A stretch of DNA of 64,000 nt from Basidiobolus meristosporus CBS 931.73. Its lineage: Eukaryota > Fungi > Basidiobolomycota. The position numbers and the translations under genes were made by a program. Shown in pieces: positions 24,222 through 38,558 of this stretch; position 1 is the stretch's first letter, and every line of letters begins with the position of its first letter. Under the pieces are notes generated by a model. That model searched no databases. It was not told the origin of the DNA and saw nothing but the letters and a program-made list of their open reading frames with translations. The stretch lies in the NCBI GenBank assembly GCA_002104905.1, contig MCFE01000467.1, positions 1 through 64,000 of the forward strand, given 5' to 3'.

Positions 24222-26810
24222 TCATTGATCCGAATTGTTGATGATTTGTCTTTCCATTAACTTGCGGAAAAGCCCATTCTCCTTTTGGCTTAGCTCGTAG
24301 AAGGTTCCTTCTTCCTGCACTCGTCCGTTCTGTAGACATATCACAACATCAGAGATACGGATCGTGGAGATTCGATGTGCGATGGTCAATGTGGTACGGT
24401 TCAGAGTGAGTCGATCTAAGGCCTCTTGCACCAGGTATTCACTTTCACCATCTAAAGCAGAGGTGGCCTCATCGAGAATGAGGATACGGGGATTCTTCAA
24501 CAAAGCGCGAGCGATGGCAATGCTAAACAGACGAATGAGTACTGCTGGGGGGGGGAATCGTTTCAAAGGAATTGATGCGTACCGTTGCTTTTGTCCGCCA
24601 GACAAACTAATACCACGTTCTCCAACATATGTATCGAAGCCGTCCTTGAAATTCTCAATGAAATTACAGTTCGCTTGGCGTGCTGCCTCCTCAATTTCCT
24701 CGCGTGTGGCCCCTTTCTTGCCATAAGCGATATTCTCTCCAACGGTGCCGGCAAACAGGGCAGGTTCTTGACTTACAATACCGATCTGCTCACGTAACCA
24801 GCGAAGATTTAGGGTGCGAATATCATGACCGTCGATCAGGATGGAGCCGTGAAGTGGGTCATAATACCGTAACAAGAGCGAAGATACGGTGCTTTTACCG
24901 CCACCGGAAGATCCGGTAATTGCTGAAAAAAGGAGGGGTATTAGGGAAGCGTAAGTGGATTACGAGCCAATGCCTTTACCCATCATCTTCCCAGGCTCCA
25001 CTGTAAATGTCAAATCTTTGAAGATCTCATTTCCTGGTCGGGTGGGATATGCAAATTGAACATTTTTGAACGTGATCTCGCCCTTGACATCGGCCAGGAT
25101 TTTCCCTCCTAAATATCATCGATCAGACCATCGATCGCTCTCAAACTGACGAGCTTCACCAAACCTTCCAAAGAAATGCCCGGCTGCTGATCCATAAGCT
25201 CAAACAATCTGGTACTTGCACCAATGCCCTTCATTACCTCGGAATAGAAGTTGGTCAATCCTGGTTGATTCATTGGTAAGTTAGGACTTTAGCAGGAGCA
25301 ATTGGTCCATTGAACATACCCATCAGCGAAGACCCAACATATGCCGTGTAGAGCATAAACGAGGTAAGCTGCCCCACTGTGATGGATCCGTCCATCACCA
25401 TGCGTCCACCAAGCCCGAGCAAAGCCAGGATGGTCAGATTGCCTGCCATGCCGGTCTGAAGTGTGCGTTAATACGTGGGAGCTAGCTGATCAAGAAGCCA
25501 AGATATCTACCCCTCCAAAGAAAAACCCGTTGGCCATGGCCTCCTTCTTGGCGAGGTCAAAAACATCCTGGACTCGCATTTCGTAGCGGTTGACCTCGTC
25601 ATTCTCCCGAACGAAGGCTTGGACAGTACGAATATTACCCACTCGCTCCTCAGCTACTTTGGTGATTGTCCCTAATGCATCCTGGGTCTTACGTGAAAGC
25701 TCTTTCACATATCTACCGTAGAAGACTCCTCCGAGTGCGATTGGCGGGACGATCATCATCATAGTAAGCTGTACAGTTTAGCTAAACGGGCAGAGCATCC
25801 CTGTTTAGAAGAAGTGCTTACCGTGAGTTTCCCGCTAACATAGATCATTGTACTCAACCCTGCGGTAGCAGTGATGATACTCCTTCGAATTCACAATCAA
25901 TATTAGCGCCATCCACCTCGAATATTACGATGCGCGGAGCTACCTTAGACCATCGGAGATGTTGTTGGATATGGTCTTTCCAACCACCGCAGTGTCCAGA
26001 GAAAGTCTGGATATCAAGTCGCCACTGCGGTTGGCATCGAAGAAGGTCATGTCTTTCTTCATAATTGAGTCATATAGATTGGTACGCAGGCGAGCGATTA
26101 CTTTTTCACCAGCCACCCGGATCAAAACAATTCTGCCGATGTTCGCTAGAGCTCCACAGGCAAAAACCCCACCAAGCAGTGCAAAGAATTGAGTCAACTC
26201 TAGATCGAAGGGGATTTTGGAACTTTCCGTAACGATATCGATTATTTTGCCCATAGAAAATGGGACAGACTACGCAATTGCCTGGAGATTAAAATGCGCT
26301 CTTAGACATAAGGCAACCCTAATACCTACCATGGTAATGGCTGAGGAAATAACAAGCAAACCAATGGCGCCTATGGAACTGTGATTACTACGCAGCCGGA
26401 GCCTTGGAGTTTGTTGGCTTCAAACAAATACCTGAAATCATCTTCGCTTCGGGCCTAGCCAAATTAAGCAATCTTAGTGCTTGCTTCCAATCCGAAGACC
26501 CTGCCTTTGCTTGACTCGTCGACTCGATAGTTTTTGGTGAAGGAATTCCCAGCTTCTCCTTATTAATCTCGCCGGTATTCTTGGATAGGTGGCGAATGGG
26601 TGTAGATTGTACAAATTCTTTGCGCACAGGTCTCAGAGTATTACATAAACTAGTGAATGGTCTCAAGTTCGGCTTCAAACATGGTCTCGAGATCCGATGG
26701 CTATTCCGCACCAAGCTTTGTTGTCCGGATAGACGCCAACCTGTGGTGATTGCGGCCCGTGTGAAACGGGCAGTGTCTGTACGAACGCCACACCATAACG
26801 AGGTAATCAT
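24222..26810 (-). CDS. MDL1: Mitochondrial ABC-B half transporter (Mdl1/ABCB10 type), multi-exon
   Basis: Presequence-like N-terminus, ABC membrane domain ([14 protein letters not shown]), Walker [18 protein letters not shown] signature, [10 protein letters not shown]. Confidence 0.93.
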
Positions 26811-27258
26811 GACTAGTTGCTTGCCACTGAATATTCTCTAAGCTCAATGAACAATTACCAGGAGGTCCAGCGCGAAATGACTACCCACTCCGGGAATATG
26901 ACATCGTGATCAATCAAGATTTGTTAAAATTTCGAGGATCCAATCCAGGATCAGCTACGGAAAACGAGCCCACCCTTGCTACCCTTGACACTAGATGAGT
27001 ACATTATTGGCAGTGGGCTACGGTGACATTATTGGCAATGGACCAGGCCATCGATGTTCATATGAATTAAACTTCATGGAGGCATATTCATGATTTCGAA
27101 CATTCCGTTGATCCTGATTCGATGGTCTCTTTGTTCTTATGCAGCTACCACTAAAATTCGACGAGGCTTGGAGCGTATACATTATGAAGTAGGCGAGGGT
27201 TTACCAGCTATCCTGAACACTCCCTCCCATATTTTGTGAAGCCCTGTTGATTTGTACG

Positions 27259-28608
27259 ATGCTGAAGTTCGAGGTATAAAGTGTGCGAAGTATGCTTTGA
27301 AACTTTCCCTTTTCTAACACCGGTATCTCTTCCAAAGATATGCATAGATTCAGTCATTTCTGGCGAGAATGCAGGTACTTTATCCCAAACTGTCTGACTT
27401 TCGGTCGCCTGGTCTGAAACCTTGTGTAGATAAAGCTGGTGCTTGTAGAGTGGAATTATGCGACAACCTGGTGGAAGGCGGGACTACTCCCTCCGCAGGT
27501 AGGAGTGTACTTTTCTTAAGCAAGACTGTTGTGCCTAAACGAAGCCGATACAGCTATGATAGAACTCGTCAAATCTCGTATCAAGACCCCAGTCATGGTA
27601 ACCGGCGTATGCACATATTCTTCCGAGACCTTCAAAGTAACCTTTTCTTGCGCTGAAATAGGTTATGATTAGACCTCGGTATGTATGCTGCCTGCGTAGG
27701 TGATGTTAGAATGGCTATTGATCCCGGATACAACGCCCAAATGTTCGATAGTGGCGGCGACTTTTGTTACGACGAGGATGAATTTTGGATTATGAAGCGG
27801 GATATCGAGGTACGCATCGAAGCACGTCCATCAAACACCAGTACTTACCAATTGCCCATACAGCTTTGCAAGCAATGGGGGGTTTACGGCGTGGTATTCG
27901 GCATACTCACGGAAGACGGCTTTGTTGATGTACCTAGATGCAAAGAGTTAGTAAACCTTTCTCTTGACGAAGGAAACCCGGACCTCGTTACTAACGAATT
28001 GGTAGGCTTGTCGAGTTAGCAAAGCCCATGAAAGGTGAGAGGTAGCGGTCGTATGCAACATCCATTCATCATTGCTCAACCTATTGCAAAGTTACCTTCC
28101 ATCGTGCTTTCGACATGGCAAACGACCCCTATAGGGCTTTAGAGGATGTCATATCCATCGGAGGAATTGAACGTATCCTGACTAGGTAAGAATGGGCCCC
28201 TTCCTGATCCGACCTGTTCGATCGCTGATTTGCTCCTCGCAGCGGGCAGGAAAAGAGCGTCCTTGAAGGATCAGAGTGTATCGCAGAGCTGGTTAAACGC
28301 GCAGGCGATCGCATCATTATCATGCCTGGTGGTGGTGAGTAGCAAGCCCGTCCTTGTTCACCACTTCAACCGACTAATTAGGTCTCCAAGGTGTGACCGA
28401 GAGAAACATCCAGCGGATCCTTCGACTCACCAACGTCCAAGAAATTCATATTTCAGCCAGTAGCTCCAGACCATCCCAGATGGTGTACCGGAACCCCAAT
28501 TGCTCCATGGGGTTCACCTTGAGCAGCCCGGAATACTCCATCAAAATAGCTAGCCAAGAGCGCATCCAAAGCATGATGCAGCACGCATCCCACCAAGCGA
28601 ATGAATAA
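27259..28608 (+). CDS. CUTC: Copper homeostasis protein CutC, about 11 exons
   Basis: Spliced FEICIDS..RVELCDNLVEGGTTPS..VMIRPRGGDFCY..GVVFGIL..TFHRAFD..RILTSGQ..MPGGGV..EIHIS. Confidence 0.93.
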
Positions 28609-28739
28609 AAATTGGATCGTTTATTTTTCCAATTATAAAGTACAGATTCTGGAGAGTGTGATGGAGGGAGTGATCTTCGGAAGGAAAAATAGAACTTTTC
28701 GAACGTTGCTAACGTAATATACATTAAAGGTGGTTTGGG

Positions 28740-31700
28740 TTAGTTGGGAGCTTGGTGGCTACACTCGTCGGTCTCCTCGTCGACCTTGCGGAAGTAGATC
28801 TTCAGCTGTTGCTGGAGCTCCTCCAGAAGACGCTGAAGCCTGTCTACGCTTGAGCTGGAGATGGGTCTTTCTTCAGCTAAACGGGCTCCGATGGAGTTCT
28901 CCAACTCGGATACAAGTGAATCAAGCACAGTGTAGGGGAGGTACCGGGAGGTCATTTGGACCGTGACCGGATGGACCACGGAGAGCTCTTTGCGAATCTG
29001 CTTCAGAGCGCATTGCGCCGCCTCTTCGATCAGGTCGTATTTCATGCAAATCCGGATGTAATCCTCGCAGTTGTATGTCAGGTAGGTCTGGGCCAACCAG
29101 GGGGGGAGTAGCATCTCACTCGTGGACGACAGGAATCGTTCGATCACACATTTGTGGTATTTGAAGCACGTCGCTTGCGAATCATGTTGCATAAGATACT
29201 TGGAAAGAAGCTTCCAGGCACGATCCGAGACTGAGCCATCCCAGGTGGCCATCCCATCGTTGACCAGGATCATGTCGTTGTCGTCGATGGGTCTGTCCAG
29301 TCGGTCGTAGTCCACCAGCTGGATGCATTTGAGGGTAAGCGATTCGAAGATATGCGTCAGCTCCATCTTGAAAGTCAAGGCGGTGGAGATGGCCATGTCG
29401 TACATGCCTGCCTGAACGAAGAGGGTGACGATATCCTTCGACTCCATGGAATAGCCCGACGACTCCAGCTCCGGATAACGGCCGATGAGCTGAATCTTCG
29501 ACAAACACAAGGAGTACTCTTGCTTGATGTCCTCGAGCTTGACCACCCGGTAATCGTCCTCCCGGCTGGCTTCAGTTGCGTAATCCGAAGCCCCCAAGTG
29601 AAGTCTCTTTCTGCTACGTTTGTCATGGTCGGCCAGGTCGTTGGGGCCCTTCATGACGATCCATGCGTAAGGCTCGTCGACCATGTGGAGAGCATTGATG
29701 GCGGCAAGATAACTCTTGCTTCGCTCAGCAGAGATTTTCATGAAAAGGGAGGGGGTGTCGACAGTCGCCAGACGACGGGCGTACCTATACATGGCGGCGG
29801 CGGCATTACGGTAATCCCCTCGGAATACATGGTAAACGTAGAGGATCTTGTAGTAATTCGGCGTGGACAGGATATCCGCGTGTCTCGCCTTCAGCAACAG
29901 CGTTTGCTCAACTTCTTGCTGAAGCCCGACAAACGAGAAGCGACAGAGACGATCGGTTTGATTGTTCTCGCACATCACGGTCAGCAGATGTCGAAGGCAG
30001 TCTCGCTTGGTGTCCTGCTCCGGGTTAGACATGATGGCAAGGTAGGCCTCCTCATACTGGCCAAGCTCAAGTGCGCTCTTGAACAGCTTGACGGACAGCG
30101 GCTTGGTCAATTCCTTGGCATGCTTCGACTGCTTGGACAAAGTGTTGAGCGCGACCTTGGCGAAGATCATGACAAACTCGTAGGCATTGTGTTCTTCGAA
30201 CATCCCGGCAACGTGGTGGTAGAAACAGGGGAGGTCCTCGCAAGTGTTGGCGTTGATGACGTACGCAAGGTCACTCTGGGCAATCCCGGTGGACTCATCC
30301 ACTCCGATGGCAGCGGATTCAAAGGAGCTCTGGGCCTCGCTGAATTGACCAGAGGCGAGGTACACTTTGCCCCAAAGATACATCACCGCAGGGCTCTTGA
30401 TCAAGAACCTGAGGAATTGCGCGACTAGGCTGGAGTACCCGAAGACGACCAGCCGATATGCGAACTTGATCTGGGATGCTTGGGTGGAGATGGACAGGGA
30501 GGAGTCCGCCAGATCGATTTTATGCAGGAACTGGGACACCGCTTGGTTCAGCAGGACGCTGACCTGGGTGGAGGCGAAGTTCAAATGGATGGGGTAGTGA
30601 TGATGGAGCAAGGTGTGAACAAGGCTGTAGCTTAAAGTTCCAGCGGCCCCGGCGGACTCCGAGACATTCAGTGTGGCGAATTTGCCGACAAAGTTCTCTG
30701 CCTCCTCCGAGAAAGAATCCTCCTCCACCTCCACGGGACGCGGCTTCTCCACCATTTGGGTCGACATCCAGTTCATCAACGAGTAGGAGTGCATAGCAGA
30801 CATGCTGCAAGAGAAGACGGACACCGAGTTGCTCATCAGCTTGCGGTGGCCGTCAAAGACCAAGACCACCGTCATCAGGAGAAACAGGTTGCGGCTGAAT
30901 GCGTAGCGGGATCCGACGACCTGCTGAATCCCCATGGCGATGATTGCATCCATAAGCATGCTGGTTTTGAAGATGAGCTGGGCAGCGTCGGCCTCGGCCT
31001 CGGCATTATGGGACTCCAGTTTGACATCCACAAGGGAGTCGAGCAGCACGCTGATCGTCCCCTTAAGGTCATTGCACGACTTCAGCAGATTGAATATGCG
31101 CTTGATCAAGGCGGGCGAGACGAAGATGGCGAGGTGCTTGTCGTAGAACTCTTGGGCAAAGGACTCCACCGAGAGGAACAGAGGATTGGAAAGCACAGAG
31201 CAGAGGTCCTCCTCCAGGCTGGTCATGTTGCCAGAGGGAATGGCTTGGGTGATAAACTTCAGGCACTTGCTTAACTTGACAATATCCCCTCGAATGTCGT
31301 TCACCGATATCTGTGAATATGACGACGCCAACAGCTTCGATGAAACGAGGGAGAGTCCAGCAAGCTCCAAGTCCCCGTTCAAGTGGTGGTACAGGCCTCC
31401 ATGGGGTCACAGGCGCGAACAGTGGAGAAGCCCTCGCGTTTGACGACGAAGACGGTATGAGTCAATGACAGCATCGACAAGCCTAATGGCGAGTTGGCTC
31501 GGTTGTGCAACTCAATGCAGGTAGAAACAAAGCGAAGCCACTTGACCTTGACCTTTTTGAGGAGTTCCTCAGGTGTGTCGTCGGCAGCGTCCGTGTGGTC
31601 CGGAGACTCGATGATGCTCGAGATCTCATCACGCACACCAACCCTGCAGAGACGGAAGCTCTTGTTGTCGTCTTGTTCGCTGACATACAGGCTCAGTGCC

Positions 31701-33306
31701 TCGTTGAGGACGGGGGTGGAGAATCTTCCCGGGTAAAACAGATACTCGAGGAACACGTGCTTCATATCCTCCGAGGAACTCTGTAGCAAAGAATCGAAGT
31801 AGTTCACGTCCACCTCGGGCTTTAGTGCAGATATGATTGACCACCACCTTTGGCCATAGTTGGATTGATCTTTGCTGTCCTCAATGTCGGCGTGGAAATA
31901 CAGCGGGATTTGGGTCATTTTCAAGACGGCTTGGTTTTGTCTGTCCCACAACGTCCACAGAGACCAAAGATTGTCTTTGCTTCTTCTGGGGGGTGCAATC
32001 TGGAACTCAACCAGCGTCTCCAGCGCTTGACCTCTACCTTGGCTGAGGAGGCACGCCCTCTTGTACACCAACTCCAAATCAATTAGGTTTCCTGAGCAGT
32101 CCACATGGCCACGGAAGACGCCAAAGTATGGGTCCGATTCGGAAGGAACGTACACGACAAGGTTGAATACCGATCCGTCCGTTTCTGCCTCCGCCTCCGC
32201 CTTGACTACCTGGATATAGGGTCTGGGAAGAGGTGGGAGAGGGATTTCTGGCTGCGACGACTCCGAGTCATACAGCGAGATGGTTTTGACGCACGATTGA
32301 GTACTCAGTGACCACACCTTGATCTTCCTATCACGGCACAACGAGAATACGAACGCATTCAGCGACAGGTAGTCGAAGGAAGCGAGCGATATCGGCTGAG
32401 AAAGTGAGGATCTGCTGACCTCGGATGCGCCGTATTCAGAACTGCCGAGCTTCGAAAGGAATCGACTGGGAACGATGGGAAGGAAGCTCTTCACTTGCGA
32501 TAAGAAATTGTTCTCCAAAAGGTTGTATTGACGGAAGGAGTCTACAGATGGATTAGTATGGGGCCACTCAACTTTCATGTGACGTCAAACAAACCTGGGG
32601 TTGCTTCAAACTCGTTTTCGCCATAGTTTTGCTCTATCTGGCCTCCGCAAGCTAGGTCTATGGCTGTGAGAGAGCCGTTGCTAAAGGTGACAACCGCGAG
32701 CTCGGCATTAACGGAATGAAACAAGATGGGTTCGCAGTTGGCGGGGATATCAAGTCTATAATACTTGCAGTAGTCTCTGGGCAAGGGGTTCGCGTGGAAA
32801 AGATTGTTGAAAGGGAAGGAGAATCGATACAGAAGCCCTGTTTCCACCAGCAGGAAGCAATTGAGGGTCCGAGAGTCGTAATCCTCGTAGAAGGATACCC
32901 CCGGTTGGATTTTGGAGGAGAGGAAGAAATAGACTGGCTTTGAAGACTCGATTTCGTCGTATTGAAAAATAGCCGCCGAGCGTGGGCCCCCTTGAAGTTC
33001 AAGTCCATCTCCGATCGGAGGCGTAACCAACGAGAGATGTCTGAATTCCAGAATTCTCCCGTCACCGATTACCCGCCACGCTATAAGGTTATTCAGTTGG
33101 AAGGATACCCTGTAGGTAGAGCCAAAGGAGGGCTCTTCAGTTTCCAGCGACAGACTTGGGGATGGTCTTGGAAGATCTTCATCCAACAAATCTTCCGGGT
33201 ATGGGACATTGTGACAGAGGGGAGCAGCGTTACTAGAGCAGAAGTCCAACTGCAAAGGGACCTCCTTATACCACCAAAACGATTCTGGGTTCTGTATGGC
33301 TGGCAT
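28740..33306 (-). CDS. NUP160: Nucleoporin Nup160/Nup120 with one intron (~32542-32594) and an apparent 1-nt frameshift at ~31394
   Basis: Beta-propeller (LCRDRKIKVWSL) followed by helical stack (YEEAYLAI, RDCLRHLLTVMCE, YYKILYVYHVFRGDYRNAAAAMY). Confidence 0.88.
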
Positions 33307-33629
33307 AATTCTATTCTTTGAACAAAAGAATTGTTCAACAGAGTGCTTGTGTATGGTGGGGCTGAAAAATAGCTATGCTAGCGTGTTTTCCTCCAGAGAC
33401 ACGCGAAATTGACGAAAAAAAAAGACAAAATATTGGATGGAGTCTGGTGGGATGATGATTGGCATTTATCGTAATAATAAACATCGAGCTTAACTCGATG
33501 CATTGAATCCGGCTCGTCACGTGACTCGTTGTTCTACTATTAACTTTATTGAGGGTAAAAATTTACAACACCAGAGAGAAGGGATTTCTTTAGAGCAGCC
33601 TCGACATACACTCTCAATCTCAGCGAAAG

Positions 33630-34940
33630 CTACAAGAAGAAGCGTCTTCTACTAGTCTCCATCTCCGGCTTGAAGATCCATTCGTATTCGCCGTTCTTGG
33701 GGTCAAACAGCCCCTTCTGTAGCCACTTGAGCTTCAACGTGAAGCGGGGCCCAAGTTCCTGGAGATCGGCGCGCTTACCACTCTTGAACACGTATCTGGC
33801 ACAAACAACAGGTTAGTGAATGGACCATCGAAGCGCTACACTACACTCTCGCATACCTGTGGCGGCGGAAGAAGATGAAATCACGCTGGTTATGGAAGGT
33901 AGCCACCTGACGTCCTTGGAACTCAGGGACATGTGGGAAGAGCGAGGTGAACATTCTTCCGATAGTGTGACCAAGTCGGGTGTTGAAGTTGTTCATGATG
34001 ATTTCGGGTTTGTGGGCAGAGGAGCGACCATGACCCTGGAGCGGGAACGTTAGACTCGGGAGCTTGTGCGAGGTGGATGTGTCTCACATTCTTACCTGAA
34101 TACGCTTGCCAGGGACGATCGAGCTCAATTTGAAATATGCCGTGGGTCCATTGGGTAAATGCACTAGGGTCACGGCATCTATTGGAACCGATGTTAGCTT
34201 GGACCCCACGATAGAGCATCATTCTCGCACTTACTAGGCTCCTTTCGATCCTCATTGACGATCATGACGTCGGTATAGTCTCTGTTGATGCAGAACTGCA
34301 CGATATCCTGGATCTCGAATTGGGACTTTCTTTTGACGAACTCGGAGTTGGGGAACACCGATAGAAGCTCCTCAGCGAATTCGTAGACGCCCTTTGTGGG
34401 AAAAGGGAAGGCGAGGTGAGTGTTGTGAACCAATGTCAAGTGGGTGCTATAGAAGATTCGTACTGGGCTGGGTCTTTTACTGGTCGTGATCAGCATTTTG
34501 GGGGCTTTACCATCGAAGTACTGGGCAAACTCGTCCTGAGCCTCGTCTTCAGCGACCTGTTGAGTGCATTGAAACACAGCACGGTTAGGTACATGGAAAC
34601 TATGGTCCGCGTCCGGTGTCCATTCTCAAGGCCTACCTCTTCGTCATTCTCGACGATGGTCTCATCGAATTCCCTGGTGTTTTCCAAAGTCTTCGGAACG
34701 TTTTCCTTCAGACGTTCCTGAAAAGAGAGAGTGTGTCCTTTAGGGGAAGGGGTCTAGAAACGGTCTGCTTCCTGCGCACAAACCTCTTTCTTCTCGGGAT
34801 TCGCGAGCTCCTCCTGGCGACGTCTCTCGCGTGCGTCTCTCTTCCTCTTGGCCTTCTGCTGCTTCTGCTTCAGGTGAAGCTCCTCACGCTTGATTTTATT
34901 CTTGACGTCGGCCAAGTTCACTCTGGAAACCTTCACTCAT
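33630..34940 (-). CDS. RPF1: Ribosome production factor 1 (Brix domain), multi-exon; start codon appears out of frame
   Basis: [67 protein letters not shown]. Confidence 0.93.
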
Positions 34941-35110
34941 GTCTATGTTACTCTAAAGCCGTAGCTGCCAAGCGATGAGCCTCAGGCAGTGTACTGTATC
35001 GATGATGGATTTTTTTTAACTTTTTTTTTGTTTGAACCAGTTCATTCGTGGACCGGGAGCAGCAGAAAATCGGCAATCACTCAGCAGTAAATCAGATATT
35101 ATTTATTTAT

Positions 35111-38100
35111 CTATTTTGATTGGAAAAGTTTGCCATGGGGGAACCATTTTCTGGCCATCTCCTTGAACTCCTCGCCTCTGGAGGATTTGAGCACTTGGAC
35201 CAGGGCCTCGTATGCGGCGCTGACGTTCTACAAATTCAATCGGGTTAGCGGCGTGTCTCCGCACAGGTGGGTGGGGATCTCGTGTGTACTATACCTTAAG
35301 GGTGCGTGTTGGCTCGTATTCGCTGTTGGCGATTTGGAAAAGCAAGGCCTCGGCCTCGGATTGCTTGGATGAATCGATCAAGTAGATTACCTCGCTGGTG
35401 GCAATCAAGGCGGGAACCGATCCTTTGTTGTTCTCCAAGAATTGTTGGTTGAATTTGTCGAGTGGGGTATCGCGGGAATAAAGCTCAGCGAATTCTTGGT
35501 CAATAACCTTGCGAACAACTGGATGGAGCTCACCAGCCGCACTCACGGCCTGTTGAAGGCGGACGATTTGCTTATGAAGAGCAGGGTTTTGGGCGTCGAT
35601 GCGGTGGGCGTGCTTCAGGGCCTTGAGGGCAAGAAGGTACTTCTGCTGTCTGAGATAGATCTCAAATCCTTGAAGGTGGGTTTCGATGCGGTTGCCAGCC
35701 AATTCTTGGAGAGGAATGAGGAACTGCAGAGCATCTCTCAAAGGATTCTCGCTGTTGACATATTTGTCTCCGTTGGGATCCTCGTCGACCTTCTTGTTGA
35801 CTTGGTTCTTGTGGCTCTCGTCCTTGGCTTGGGCCTTCTTGGACTCGGCCTCCTGTTGACCCTTGAGGGCGGCCTTGCGCTGCTTGTTCTTGTACTTCTT
35901 GATTTCGGAAGGAGTCATGTTGGCGAAGTTGGCTTGGTCGATTTCTTCCTGGGTCTTCTTTGGGTTGTCGTGGAGGTAGAGATAGTGCTTGACGGCGTTC
36001 TGGGCAGCACGGAAGTAGTAAGGGTGGGATCTAAGCTGGTCCTCTAGACGGAGGAGACCAACATATGCACGAATGGTGGTTTTGCGCAAGCAGTATGTGT
36101 GGAAGTCGAACTGGTCATCGGTGAACTCGTTGAAGTGCTTTTGGACTTGGATGGTAGTGTTTGAGCGCTCTGCCGATCTGGTTTTGTCTGGCGAAGCTTT
36201 CGCCAGACTCCAGGGCGAACCACATGCATTGCATGTCAACGAGATCGCTGAGTGGGTCGGTGCTGTCATTTCTGGTGAAGAGGGTGATGGTTTTTTCGGC
36301 ATCGGACACCTGATCGTTCCTCAACATGTACTTGGTACACTTGGAGTTGATGCATCTATCCTGGAGATCGAGCTCACGTCCCTCGTTCAAGCACTTGGCA
36401 GCTGCTTCGAAGTCTCCGGTGTGCTTGAGGATACGACCCTTGGTCATGTACAGCTCAACCATGGTGGGGGTATGCTCAATTGCTTTGTCGATGTATTCGA
36501 GTGCTTTCTCGATCTGCTGGGTGCGGTCATAGTGCTGTGCAAGGTAGTACAGAGTCCAGAGATAGGCGGTGGGAAGCTCCTTGTCCTCTAAATTAAGTGG
36601 CAGAGAGAGAGGTGAGGTCACATGAGAGATTGGGTGAGCGCAGTGGTGGTTGTCATACCTCTGTCTTCGGTGAATTTGCCAGTTTCGAGGTAATTCTTCA
36701 GGTAGCCCTCCAAGAGGTCTTCGATGATCTTAACCTTCTCGCTGTTGGTGTAGAGATCTTTGAGGTTGACGAACAAAGAGGGGACTCCTTTTCTCAATTG
36801 CTGCTGAAGGTAGATCGCTACCTGTTGCTTGAATTGCTCACCTGTTGAATGGTTTTCAGGTTGGCTATGCGAGGTATAGTTCGAGGGATTGCACATGCTT
36901 ACCATTGACCAGAGACAAGGGGTATCTCTTGAGGAGGTTCGACCGGGGATAAGTGGCAATCAATTCCTGGATAAGCTCGATCGCTTGGCTATCTTCATTG
37001 CCACTGAGATTGTCTGGGTCGGGGGTTAGGGTCACGATATATAAAACATTGCATCAAGTGCTTCTACCTTTCTTGTATCCGCGACAGGCCAAGAGACCAT
37101 CGATATAGGCTCTGCAGTCAGGATTCTCGTCGACGAGGCCTCGGTAGACCTTCTCAGCCTCTTCCAGTCTTTCCAGTTGAAGAAGGAATTGTGCTATACC
37201 AGATGAGATTCAGTCCGGGTCCTAAACGACTCCGTAGACAGCCAACATTACCTCTCTTTTCCTTCAAAGAGCGACGATCGCACACAACATCTTCTATCTC
37301 CTTCAAGTGCTCCAAAGCCTTCTCGATGTCACCGCTTTCCTCAATGATCATGTTCTTGTACATAGCCAACTCACTGTTCTCAAAATCGGGCCCTTTTGGT
37401 TTTTCCTATCGATTTCCAACTTAGACAACTCCATTGGATGTTGCTTGCGGAGTTCACCTACCTTAAGAGTCTCTTCGTAGGAGGTGAGCACATTAATGGC
37501 TGCGTCGTAGTTCTTCATCAGGTGATAGGCGATGGCAAGGGAAACCCAGAAGGCTCTGTTTTGAGGTCTAAGCTCAAGGAGTTGATGACTGGCATCCTAA
37601 TGGATTTGGTCGTTAAGCACTGGTTTGGTTTCAAAGCGACGAACGAGTAGCATTACACAGAATCCTTCGTAGTTACGCATTTGAATATGCAAAAGGGAGT
37701 AGTCACGCAGGATTTGGAGATTTTCCTAAAGAGAATCCATAAGTAATGGAGCCTCCGGACAGTAAACTCGGGTTCACCGTACTTTGTCATACTTCAAAGC
37801 GTGAGTGTAGCATTTCAAAGCTTCTTCGTAGTTTTTGTCGGATCGGTACAACAATCCGAAGACGTGCCAACCTTAAAAAACGAAAGCATGTCAGAGAGGA
37901 GAAAACTAGACAACGCTAAGGCTCTATATACAGATGTGACTTCTGAGGTTGTTGCGAAGACCCTTGCGGACGAAATCATAAGCCTCCTCTTTCCTGTCCA
38001 AGTGGTTCAAAAAAAGTCCCTTCATGGCCAATGTTTCTAAAGGAGGGTGGTTGTTTTCGGTGAGTGGTCAGGGAATACAGCAAGGAAGGAAAAGACGTTT

Positions 38101-38302
38101 TCTGCCGTACCTCCATGGTTGGGGAACTTCTTAAGAATCTGTTCGGCAGTTTTGAGACCCTTTTTGTACTGTCTATGCTCATAAAATTTCTAAAAAGCGC
38201 AAGGGCAGTGTGGTCAGTATCACGACACCGGAGGAGGCTCGTTCAGGAAGGAAATACCAAAATGGTTTTGAAAAGAGCTGTCTCCCTTTGAGGTAGATCC
38301 AT
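35111..38302 (-). CDS. NAT1: NatA N-acetyltransferase auxiliary subunit Nat1/NAA15, multi-exon, apparent 1-nt frameshift at ~36150
   Basis: [70 protein letters not shown]. Confidence 0.95.
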
Positions 38303-38558
38303 ATTTTGAAATTCACAAGATCAAGGAAAGCGAAGACTCACGCCTAGTTTGGAACAGAGTATGCACCACTTGCGACGATATTTGATGCCAGCAGGTAGGC
38401 TTTTTTTTTCGGAGTCGATTCTGTGCAGATTTCACATATTCTCTAGATCCCAGTAATCATAGCTGTTGAACAACCCAATGAAATCGACGTAATCCGCCAG
38501 TCACCTGACCCGACGGGAGTGCTTAGAGCCTCAGTAAAGCAACTCTGCCTGAAGAGAC

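Noticed and set aside
29352-31274. Long plus-strand ORFs opposite NUP160; likewise 35442-36047, 39336-40196, 45075-45362 and 45788-46132
   Set aside because: Antisense shadows of well-supported genes in GC-rich coding DNA
32575-32578. ATGA stop/start overlap resembling bacterial translational coupling
   Set aside because: It lies inside a 53-nt GTTTGT..CTAAT..TAG intron of NUP160; splicing joins the two ORFs
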